Of a stretch of 35,588 nucleotides of DNA, positions 25,743 to 32,752 are shown in pieces. The notes under the pieces are model-generated. The model was given only the letters and a program-made list of their open reading frames with translations, made no database searches and had not been told where the DNA came from. The DNA lies in the IMG/VR virus record IMGVR_UViG_3300045933_000106, positions 1 to 35,588 of that record. One strand, given 5' to 3'. Origin of the DNA: a virus. Position 1 is the first letter of the stretch, and every line of letters starts with the position of its first letter. A program made the translations under genes and the position numbers.

Positions 25743-26594
25743 TCAGCTCGGCATTACGCACCGCGCCAGCACCACCTGCGAACGGGGCTTGCGGTACAGA
25801 CTGACGTCCTCACGGCGCACGGCCCAGTACTCGGCCGGCACGTCCGCCTCGCCTCCCTGCACCGTGACGGGCTCGCGACCGACGCAGTCGACCCCGACTC
25901 CGATCGTGCCGACGTCGCGGCCCACGTAGATGCCTTCGCGACCCGGTATGGAATCCCACACCGTGCTGCCGATGGTGATGGCCGTCGGCGGCTTGGGGGT
26001 CGGCGGCGTTGTGCATCCAGCCTGGGCGGTCGCCGTGCCGACGGGCAGCACAATCGTTGTGGTCGCTGGGCCAGCCAAGTCCGAATCGAGGTAAGGGCTC
26101 ACGGCGCTCGTGGCGCGCACGCCGACGTAGCGCGGTCCGGCAGGCAGTCCGGTGAGGACATAGCTCGTCACGGCCGGCGCGAGAACGATCGGAGGTGCGT
26201 TCGCCACATCGCCGCTGATGGCCGAGTGGTAGATCTTGTTGCCTTTCAGGCTGACGGCAGTGCCGTCCACGTTCTGCGTTGGATTGGTCCAGCGTACCGT
26301 GGCGCTCTCCGTGGCCGCACTGCAGGTCAACGTGAAGGTCATCTGTGCGCTGGTCACGTCGGTCGTCTGCGAGCCCGAGGCGCCGGCAGGACCGGACCAC
26401 GAGCCTGACTTCGTGCAGGTTGATGCGTTTGTCGCGCTCCAACTCAAGTTCGTGCTGTAGGGGCACGTACCAGTCTGCGGAGACGCTGTGAGCGACACCG
26501 TGATCTGCGTTGCCTGTGGCGTGATGGTGACGAGCTCGCCACTGTGGGCGCAGCCCGTGAAGGTCAGGGCGAGCAGAGGCAGGATCAGGCGCAC
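25743..26594 (-). CDS. Secreted lipoprotein with Ig-like and fibronectin-III-like domains (283 aa)
   Basis: GTG start with GGAG SD. MRLILPLLALTFTGC signal/lipobox. Ig-like segment NLSWSATNASTCTKSGSWSG...FTLTC. FN3-like segment VRWTNPTQNVDGTAVSLKGNKIY...SYVLTGLPAGPRYVGVRA. Confidence 0.6.
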   Translation of the reverse strand: MRLILPLLALTFTGCAHSGELVTITPQATQITVSLTASPQTGTCPYSTNLSWSATNASTCTKSGSWSGPAGASGSQTTDVTSAQMTFTLTCSAATESATVRWTNPTQNVDGTAVSLKGNKIYHSAISGDVANAPPIVLAPAVTSYVLTGLPAGPRYVGVRATSAVSPYLDSDLAGPATTTIVLPVGTATAQAGCTTPPTPKPPTAITIGSTVWDSIPGREGIYVGRDVGTIGVGVDCVGREPVTVQGGEADVPAEYWAVRREDVSLYRKPRSQVVLARCVMPS

Positions 26595-26860
26595 GGGTTT
26601 CTCCGTTTACGTAGCTGATTCAGTTGCGCAGCGTTGCCCTTTGGATTGCGCACGGACTTGAGGTTGCAGCGGGTGCGCACGAATTCAGCAATGGGGGCAG
26701 CGGTGAAATCGCGCTGAAACTCGCTGGCGCGATCACGACAGGCGAGGAAGTCGTCCACGACCTGGTCACGGGGATTGCGTCGCATATGACGGCCAAAAGC
26801 ATCCCGGGCCGCCTCATGGCAGCCGGTTTTCGGGAGTAGTGGGAGTCGGTATTGCCTCAA
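26585..26860 (-). CDS. First late ORF, basic hypothetical protein (91 aa from TTG 26860, or 66 aa from ATG 26785)
   Basis: Frame chosen for balanced composition. The alternative frame (26620-26817) is Ser/Pro/Ala noise. The start is uncertain. Confidence 0.35.
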   Translation of the reverse strand: MRQYRLPLLPKTGCHEAARDAFGRHMRRNPRDQVVDDFLACRDRASEFQRDFTAAPIAEFVRTRCNLKSVRNPKGNAAQLNQLRKRRNPCA

Positions 26861-26881
26861 GGGGCAGTAACCGACGATGCG

Positions 26882-26910
26882 CTTTTAACCCCAAAATCCC
26901 GGGTTGTAAA
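26882..26910 (-). promoter_or_regulatory. Putative late promoter (PR'-like) downstream of the Q-like gene
   Basis: Minus strand reads TTTACA-17 nt-TAAAAG, in a conspicuous AT-rich patch between the Q-like stop (26926) and the first late ORF. Confidence 0.45.
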
Positions 26911-26925
26911 TGCGCACTGCGGAAT

Positions 26926-27324
26926 TTACGCCGGCTGGACACTCAGCCGGCCCTCGATGAAGGCCCTCGCCGACTCCACCAGGCGGAAGTACGTCGTGAC
27001 TGAAAGGCCGACGATCCTGGCTTTTTCGCCTGGCTGGCCTGGGATGACGTAGTGGACGTCCAGGATCAGTTTCCGCTTGGGAGTCGCCGCCCAATAGGCC
27101 GCATTGACCGCCTGAACGCTGCGGCCGGTGTAGATCTCCGGGTACGGCTGAGTGGCGTGGCCGTTGCCCTTGCCGTGCAGGCCTCGCCGATTGCCGAGCG
27201 TGCAGCGCACGGCGCCGAGGTATTCCCGTGCGGTCGCGGGATCCTCAACACCCACGATACGTCGTCGCTGCCGGGCCCAGTCCTCGATGACCCAGTCGAG
27301 TGCCTCACGGCGGCGGCGAGTCAT
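26926..27324 (-). CDS. Q-like late-gene antiterminator (132 aa)
   Basis: ATG at 27324 (MTRRRREALDWVIEDWARQ...). C-terminus LILDVHYVIPGQPGEKARIVGLSVTTYFRLVESARAFIEGRL fits the antitermination-Q pattern L.l.Yv...s...A...g.S...y...l..A..fieG.L. It is the last early gene before the late operon. Confidence 0.55.
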   Translation of the reverse strand: MTRRRREALDWVIEDWARQRRRIVGVEDPATAREYLGAVRCTLGNRRGLHGKGNGHATQPYPEIYTGRSVQAVNAAYWAATPKRKLILDVHYVIPGQPGEKARIVGLSVTTYFRLVESARAFIEGRLSVQPA

Positions 27325-27416
27325 GCGAAGACGGCAAGCGCGATCAGGGCGGCCGATCCGACGATCGCGATCACCACGAGGATCGCCTGGACGAAATGCT
27401 CGGTGTCGGGATCCAT
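27321..27416 (-). CDS. Tiny single-pass membrane protein (31 aa)
   Basis: GAGGAGG SD 6 nt before the ATG. MDPDTEHFVQAILVVIAIVGSAALIALAVFA. The stop overlaps the Q-like ATG (ATGA). Confidence 0.45.
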   Translation of the reverse strand: MDPDTEHFVQAILVVIAIVGSAALIALAVFA

Positions 27417-27427
27417 CTCGGTCCTCC

Positions 27428-27685
27428 TCATGGATTCTTGTCCGCGTGCCTCTGGCAGGCGTCCCGTGCGGCTTCGGCCGTCGGATAGCCGCCGATGAGA
27501 TCAGGCGCTTGCCACTTCGGACGGCGGCGCCAGACCAGGAACAGCTCACGCTCGAGCTTGCCGATCAGGTTCCGGCAGATCGTGTAGCGCTTGCAGGTGC
27601 TCTCGATGACGTCGGTGATCTTCTCGCCGGTCTTCGGCGAGACGGCTTGAGCCCAAGCCTCCCGGGTTCTGAGGTCCGGGCTCAT
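27428..27685 (-). CDS. Hypothetical early protein (85 aa)
   Basis: ORF coupled to the upstream gene (TGATG). Confidence 0.5.
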   Translation of the reverse strand: MSPDLRTREAWAQAVSPKTGEKITDVIESTCKRYTICRNLIGKLERELFLVWRRRPKWQAPDLIGGYPTAEAARDACQRHADKNP

Positions 27686-28251
27686 CAGGTGAGCCTGCGG
27701 GTGGCGTTAGTGAGTTCCGCTTTGAGTTTCTGGCTCCGATTCTCGGAAACGGGTTTTAACCCGTCCGGAGCGACGCCAGAGTTATCCACAGGTGTCAGGG
27801 TCGCGCGCGCGTTAGATCCGATCCTTTTAGATCCTTCCGATCCTTCCGATCCTTCCGATCCCTCACGATCCTTCGGCGCACGTTCGACGATGCGTCGTCG
27901 ATCATTCGACGATTCATCGACGAATGGGGGATATCGGGACTGTTTTGGCCGGTCGATCGACTGGTGATCGCGCCACGTTGGGAGCTCGTAGAGGTCGCCG
28001 TGCTCGCCGCCGGCGTATACGACTGCGAGACGTTGGCCGACGATGTCGGCGAGCCAGGAACGCACGCTCGCCGCGCTGCAATCATCGCCGCCGAAGATCG
28101 CCGCCTTGAGCCGGCGAGGATCGGCGCAGCCGCGGCCTTCGTCGTCGGCCTGGGTTATCAGGCCAAGGAACAGCAGCCGTGCGCCATGGCTCAAGTTCAT
28201 GACCTGAGGAGAGAGCCAGAGCTCGGGCTTGATCGTGCGGATGCGGGGCAT
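27685..28251 (-). CDS. Replication-initiator-like protein (lambda O / DnaD-like N-terminus) containing the putative origin
   Basis: MPRIRTIKPELWLSPQVMNLSHGARLLFLGLITQADDEGR is a pattern common in phage replication/primosome loaders. (GSE)3 is encoded by the internal iterons. Confidence 0.5.
   Translation of the reverse strand: MPRIRTIKPELWLSPQVMNLSHGARLLFLGLITQADDEGRGCADPRRLKAAIFGGDDCSAASVRSWLADIVGQRLAVVYAGGEHGDLYELPTWRDHQSIDRPKQSRYPPFVDESSNDRRRIVERAPKDREGSEGSEGSEGSKRIGSNARATLTPVDNSGVAPDGLKPVSENRSQKLKAELTNATRRLT
27815..27925. repeat. Iteron cluster / candidate origin of replication
   Basis: Seven GATC sites at 27815, 27820, 27830, 27839, 27848, 27857 and 27867, including GATCCTTCC x3 in perfect tandem. 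These are followed by four TCGACGA/TCGTCGA copies in 27884-27925. Confidence 0.5.
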
Positions 28252-28253
28252 GG

Positions 28254-28868
28254 CTACGCCTGCGTAGCCGGCGACCGAATCGTTACTCGCTGCCCGGCAT
28301 CGATCGCGAGTTCGCCCAAGTAGCCGGCCAGAGCTGCCGCGTACTCCGGGCCGCGAGCGGCGATGATGGTCTTGGCAGCCTGCTGAGGATCCTTCGCGAG
28401 CTGAACCTGCTTTGCTCTGAATCCAGCTTCGATCGCGGCGGCGTTTGCAGACAGTTCGCCGCGCACGACCTTCTCCGCCAGTGCCGGCGCATCGCGCTTC
28501 AGCCGGCGCAGGGTGTAGGTAGCAGCGTTGCCATGCTGAGTAGGTCTGACATTGTCAGAGCTACGCCCATTCCCTACTTCGCCGTTCGCAGGACCAGCAC
28601 TCACCGCCTCCCGGATCAGCGCCTGCGTGTCGGGGGACTTGCGGCAGAAGGCGAGCAGGTCGTCGACGCTGGACTCGAGCCCCTGCCAGAGCTGGTGCTC
28701 GACGAACGCCTCGAAACTGCGGAACGTCTCTCCGTGACGGTCGGTCGCCTTTTCCCACAGCCTGCCGCGTATGACGTTGGCGATCATGAACGGCAGTTGC
28801 TCGAATAGGTGCTCTTCGCCGCCGAGCATGGCGCGTTGCAGTTCACTGACGAACTCAGGCGGCTGCAT
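28254..28868 (-). CDS. Hypothetical DNA-binding protein (204 aa) with a ParB-HTH-like segment
   Basis: YTLRRLKRDAPALAEKVVRGELSANAAAIEAGFR resembles the HTH segment of ParB/KorB-type proteins. Confidence 0.4.
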   Translation of the reverse strand: MQPPEFVSELQRAMLGGEEHLFEQLPFMIANVIRGRLWEKATDRHGETFRSFEAFVEHQLWQGLESSVDDLLAFCRKSPDTQALIREAVSAGPANGEVGNGRSSDNVRPTQHGNAATYTLRRLKRDAPALAEKVVRGELSANAAAIEAGFRAKQVQLAKDPQQAAKTIIAARGPEYAAALAGYLGELAIDAGQRVTIRSPATQA

Positions 28869-30741
28869 TTGAATTTACCAGCATCGCCTTGAACATCTCC
28901 TCAACCTGCCGCATCACCTCGATCGGCTTGTTGTCCATGAGGTCGTCCAGGTTCCTGGCGCCAGTCCGGCGGAATACCGTCGACCACACCGCCTCAAAAT
29001 CTGGCTTGTAGGGATTGCGCTGGATGGCCAGCTGTCGCGCGAGCCTGTTCAGTTCCGTGCGAAGTTTCTTCTTCTGCAGGTGCAGCGGCTCCCCATGCTC
29101 AACCACGGGCGGCGGGATGACGCCCATCTTTCGCATCAGGTGAGCAATCTGCGCGACGCTGACGCCGGCCAGTTGCGGGTCATCGGACTTGTAGCGTTCC
29201 GCCGCAGTGATCTCTCCGGGGTGGAATGCTTCACCGAAGTCGCTAATGGCTCCGCCGTCCTCGTGCGTCGACCCAATAGGGACAAAACAGGAATTCTCGC
29301 TGCGCTCCGTCTGCTCGCCGCCGTCCCTCTTCTTCGCGTCATGCAGGCCAGCTTCCGCTTCGTTTGATATCTGCTCGGCCCACCTGAGCAGCTGCGGAAA
29401 CTTCGCCATGAACACCGTCGCGTCGCCAGGCTTGGCGGGATCATCCACGCGCACGACGCGCCCGATGAGCTGGCGGAACAGCAGTTCTGTGCCGGGACGG
29501 TTTGCCAGCACCTGCACTCGCAGACGCTTGATATCGACGCCCTCGGAAATCTTGCGAACACTGCAGATCCAACGCTGAGCGCCGCTGCGAAACCGCTCGA
29601 TCTTTGCGTTCGCCTCTGAGTCTTCGTGCGTGATGACTTCCGGCGCTTCCCCGGTCAATTCACGAACGAGCTTTGCCACCTGAAGTAGGTAGCGGTCATC
29701 TGTTTCGTCGACACCAGGGCGGCAGATGATGATTCCGCCAGCATCGATATCGTGCGTGCGGTATTCGTCGAGTTTCGCGTCGGCCTTGGTGATGACTTGC
29801 TGAAGCCATTCGCTGTCTTTCTTGAAAATCACCGCGGAAGCGCGGCCGGCATCGTCGTCTGCCTTCGCCTCAGACAAGCGAACCGACTGCTCTTCACCGT
29901 TGTGGATGAACTCCGCAATACCGTCGTCGATCATGAACAGGACGGGACGGCAAACCTTCTGGGTAACGGCTTCGCGGTAGGAATATCGATGGTCAGGAAT
30001 CGCGACGCCTTGGTCGTTGTACTCAACGAACCTGATCCTCTTCCCGTCGCCACGAAACGGCGTGCCGGTCATCGCGAGCGATCTCGCGGATACCGCCTGC
30101 AGTCGCTCGGCTGCATTTCCCCATACGTTCGACTCGCTGCCGTGGTGGATCTCGTCGAACACCGCGAAAAGACGCAGCCCCTTCCGCGCCCACGTCTCGA
30201 TCGTGCTCACGAGGTTCGGGAGCTGTGAGTACGTCGTGATGCCGCCCGCAAACTCCTTCGGAGCGTCACGGCTCTCCTTCAGGACCGGCGTGAGCTGCAC
30301 CCCGACCTTGTTCCAGTCGCCGAGAAAGCCTGCTTCCCTGTCTCCTTTGAGAGCCGTGGTAGGCACCACGACCACGCAAAACTCGATCCCCTCCCGCTCA
30401 CGAACATCGCGAGCGCACAACCCGGAAAAGATGGTCTTTCCCGCTCCAGGCGTTGCCTCAAGCAAGAAGCAACCGCCCTTCTTTTCATGAAACTTGCGCA
30501 ACGCGACACGCTGCCACCCTCTTGGCTCGATCATTCCCAACCTCCGATGAATCGCCGAATGGCACCCTGCGCAGAGCGCCATTGCATTGGTGATCTCGGT
30601 CACGCCGGCATCGGCGTACCGAATTACGTGGTGAGCCTCCCAGTCGTCCCGGAGAGGCCCGCCACATCGCTGACACCTGCCGTCGGCAGCGACGTACAGG
30701 TGTTTTCTTTGGGCTGACGTGAACAGCCGATTCAAAGGCAC
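28855..30741 (-). CDS. HNH nuclease - superfamily 2 (DEAD/DEAH, type III res-like) helicase fusion
   Basis: HNH: CQRCGG...EAHHVIRYADAG...NAMALCAGCHSAIH. Helicase: Walker A EATPGAGKT, motif II VFDEIHH, motif III LAMTGTPFR. Confidence 0.8.
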   Translation of the reverse strand: MPLNRLFTSAQRKHLYVAADGRCQRCGGPLRDDWEAHHVIRYADAGVTEITNAMALCAGCHSAIHRRLGMIEPRGWQRVALRKFHEKKGGCFLLEATPGAGKTIFSGLCARDVREREGIEFCVVVVPTTALKGDREAGFLGDWNKVGVQLTPVLKESRDAPKEFAGGITTYSQLPNLVSTIETWARKGLRLFAVFDEIHHGSESNVWGNAAERLQAVSARSLAMTGTPFRGDGKRIRFVEYNDQGVAIPDHRYSYREAVTQKVCRPVLFMIDDGIAEFIHNGEEQSVRLSEAKADDDAGRASAVIFKKDSEWLQQVITKADAKLDEYRTHDIDAGGIIICRPGVDETDDRYLLQVAKLVRELTGEAPEVITHEDSEANAKIERFRSGAQRWICSVRKISEGVDIKRLRVQVLANRPGTELLFRQLIGRVVRVDDPAKPGDATVFMAKFPQLLRWAEQISNEAEAGLHDAKKRDGGEQTERSENSCFVPIGSTHEDGGAISDFGEAFHPGEITAAERYKSDDPQLAGVSVAQIAHLMRKMGVIPPPVVEHGEPLHLQKKKLRTELNRLARQLAIQRNPYKPDFEAVWSTVFRRTGARNLDDLMDNKPIEVMRQVEEMFKAMLVNSNAAA

Positions 30742-30802
30742 CCCCGCCCGCGGTCCACCCGCGGGAGACTCGGCCAGGCGCCGGCCTGTGGACGGAGGTA
30801 TG

Positions 30803-31168
30803 TCATCGCGCCACCGCCCACCACAGGACGTGCCGTCGCCCGTTGACGATGCGGCACTCGCCCTGCTCCGGATCGCCCCGGCGCGCGTAGATCGGCACGA
30901 GCTCGGGTAGGCGTCGCGCGACCATCCAGCGGTCGCGCTGCATGCGCGCGGCGAGCTCGAGCGAGGTCAGCCCCGGCCAACGTCTCAGAGCGGCCAGAAC
31001 CTCGAGCTGCTGCCGGCCGAGCTCGCCCGATGCCTTGATGGCCTCTGCGGCCTCGTGACTGGTGACGACGTCCGTGCGTCGGGCGCGCGGCGTGTCCGTG
31101 AGGAGTTCAGCTCGTGGCCATCCACCGAGCGCCGGGACTAAGTCCAGTAGGCTTAGTTGCTCGCTCAT
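30803..31168 (-). CDS. Winged-helix (MarR-like) DNA-binding protein
   Basis: QQLEVLAALRRWPGLTSLELAARMQRDRWMVARRLPELV is a typical wHTH recognition segment. Confidence 0.5.
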   Translation of the reverse strand: MSEQLSLLDLVPALGGWPRAELLTDTPRARRTDVVTSHEAAEAIKASGELGRQQLEVLAALRRWPGLTSLELAARMQRDRWMVARRLPELVPIYARRGDPEQGECRIVNGRRHVLWWAVAR

Positions 31169-31371
31169 TCCCGTCCCTTCCCTGAAGTTCCATCGCGTGG
31201 GAACGCCTGCGCGAGTAGGACGGCGTCGTGAACGCGCTTACGGATCACCGGGACGAGCAACGCTTCGACGTAGTCGCCGATCGTGACGCCGTCGATTTCG
31301 CAGATGCGCAGCAGCGCGCGGTGATCGTCGTAGTCGATCTTGGTGCGCACGTCCTGCCTCGGGAGGGTCAC
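31165..31371 (-). CDS. Small RHH-like regulator (68 aa), in the cII position
   Basis: GTG start with GAGG 8 nt upstream. A beta-strand/helix/helix pattern: VRTKIDYDDHRALLRICEIDGVTIGDYVEALLVPVI. Confidence 0.35.
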   Translation of the reverse strand: MTLPRQDVRTKIDYDDHRALLRICEIDGVTIGDYVEALLVPVIRKRVHDAVLLAQAFPRDGTSGKGRE

Positions 31372-31381
31372 CGCATGAGCC

Positions 31382-31588
31382 TCAGACGGTTGGCAGCGGG
31401 TAGATGTCGGGGCGAAGCTCGTGACGCGATACGCCGGTCGTTTTTTCGATCTGTAGGACTCGCTCGGCCGGGACTCGGCGGCGGAATTTCTGCACAGCCT
31501 GATAGGTTACGCCGAGCGCCTGAGCCAACTGTCGCTGGCCTCCGACGATCCGGATAGCTCGGTCAATGGGCGATTCATGGTCGTTCAT
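31382..31588 (-). CDS. cro: Cro-like repressor (YdaS/Cro HTH family)
   Basis: IDRAIRIVGGQRQLAQALGVTYQAVQKFRRRVPAERVLQIEKTTGVSRHELRPDIY matches the YdaS/Cro pattern. Divergent from the cI-like gene. Confidence 0.8.
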   Translation of the reverse strand: MNDHESPIDRAIRIVGGQRQLAQALGVTYQAVQKFRRRVPAERVLQIEKTTGVSRHELRPDIYPLPTV

Positions 31589-31595
31589 GCAGTCG

Positions 31596-31672
31596 AATCT
31601 ACAACCGATAGTTGCAGCTAGTCAACAACTGATTCGTGGCCGTATTGCGTACACCATGCAACCAGTGGTTGC
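31596..31672. promoter_or_regulatory. Right-operator-like region: cro promoter plus inverted-repeat operators
   Basis: Minus strand has TTGACT (31620-31625), 18 nt, then TAGATT (31596-31601). Operators are CAACCGATAGTTG (31602-31614) and the perfect palindrome GCAACCAGTGGTTGC (31658-31672). Confidence 0.6.
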
Positions 31673-32183
31673 GGCAGCTAAAGACGATGAGCGGAAAGCG
31701 TTTGCCAGGCGGCTAAACGAGGCCATCGATCGCATCGCCGCAGCGCCTCAGCGCGGACGGCCAGCGTGGCTAGTCATTCAGTTGAGGCGCACAGATCCGC
31801 GCCTGAAGCTGTCGCAGGAAGCCGTTCGGAAATGGCTGTCGGGCGAGTCGATGCCCGACCAGACGCACATGGCGATGCTTGCCCGGCTCGTCGATGTCGA
31901 CAGCGATTATCTGCACACTGGCAGGCAGACCAAGACTCACGAACGCCACGGCGTTCGTGATGGACGTCCGAAGTACCACGGCGTCATCGTGTCGCACGAG
32001 GGCGCGATGCTGGGGGCGGAATGGGACAAGTTGCCGGATGATCTGCGGCAAGCATTGGCGATGCAGATACACTGCCTGGTCGCCGCGAAGGTTCGAGGCG
32101 AGCTTTCGGAACTCAAGACCAAGGCCGCCAAGGCGCCTCGGAAAACGATTCGGCCTGATGCAGTAAACGAAGTTCAGAATTGA
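31656..32183 (+). CDS. cI: CI-like repressor (XRE-type HTH, no S24 peptidase domain)
   Basis: Divergent from cro. FARRLNEAIDR...LSQEAVRKWLSGESMPDQTHMAMLARLVDVDSDYLHTG is HTH-like. The ATG at 31656 lies next to an operator palindrome. Confidence 0.65.
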   Translation: MQPVVAAAKDDERKAFARRLNEAIDRIAAAPQRGRPAWLVIQLRRTDPRLKLSQEAVRKWLSGESMPDQTHMAMLARLVDVDSDYLHTGRQTKTHERHGVRDGRPKYHGVIVSHEGAMLGAEWDKLPDDLRQALAMQIHCLVAAKVRGELSELKTKAAKAPRKTIRPDAVNEVQN

Positions 32184-32190
32184 ACCTCAC

Positions 32191-32616
32191 ATGCCATCTG
32201 TGCCACCCGCTGTACACGCCGCGATCGCAGCAGCTGCGATATTCGCGCTCGCCGTAGCCTTCCGTGAGCGGACCCCCGGTCAAACCGTAGTCGAAGCAGG
32301 CAATGCTGCCGCTGAAGCCGCGCGAAATCGCATCGACAAAGGGCCGGAGATCCAGGCCGATCGCGCGAGATTCATCGCGCAATTACAGGCCGAGGGTGTT
32401 CTCGGGAAGGTCAACTGCAGCACCTATGCTGCCGACGCCAAGGTCACGGCCGCATTCGATGCACTGCCGTTCGATGAAAAGCAGAGCGCGCTCGGTGTCG
32501 TGTATGCGTTCTGCTTCGACAGCAAGAAACTCGGCAATTTCGTAACCCTCCGCAGCCAGACGACCAACAAGGATCTCGGCACCTATACGGTCGAGCGCGG
32601 GCTGGTCATCGAGTAA
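32191..32616 (+). CDS. Membrane-anchored protein co-oriented with cI (141 aa)
   Basis: Starts 8 nt after the cI stop. N-terminal TM helix AVHAAIAAAAIFALAVAF followed by a ~110-aa soluble domain. Confidence 0.6.
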   Translation: MPSVPPAVHAAIAAAAIFALAVAFRERTPGQTVVEAGNAAAEAARNRIDKGPEIQADRARFIAQLQAEGVLGKVNCSTYAADAKVTAAFDALPFDEKQSALGVVYAFCFDSKKLGNFVTLRSQTTNKDLGTYTVERGLVIE

Positions 32617-32670
32617 TCCGCAGCGGTTTTCGCGGCCTGTGTCACAGGTCGAATCCGTCTCACCCGCTAC

Positions 32671-32714
32671 TGCAACTATTGGTTGTTGACGACTGCAACC
32701 AGTAGTTGTAGTCT
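32671..32714 (+). promoter_or_regulatory. Left-operator-like region: rightward early promoter plus two operators
   Basis: TTGACG (32686-32691), 17 nt, then TAGTCT (32709-32714). Operators are CAACTATTGGTTG (32673-32685) and CAACCAGTAGTTG (32696-32708). Confidence 0.6.
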
Positions 32715-32752
32715 GCATCCCACGCCCGCGCACCGGGCATGGGAGACAAGAG

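Noticed and set aside
26620-26817. An alternative 65-aa ORF in another frame of the first late gene.
   Set aside because: Its product is dominated by Ser/Pro/Ala/Thr (out-of-frame signature). The 26585-26860 frame has a balanced composition.
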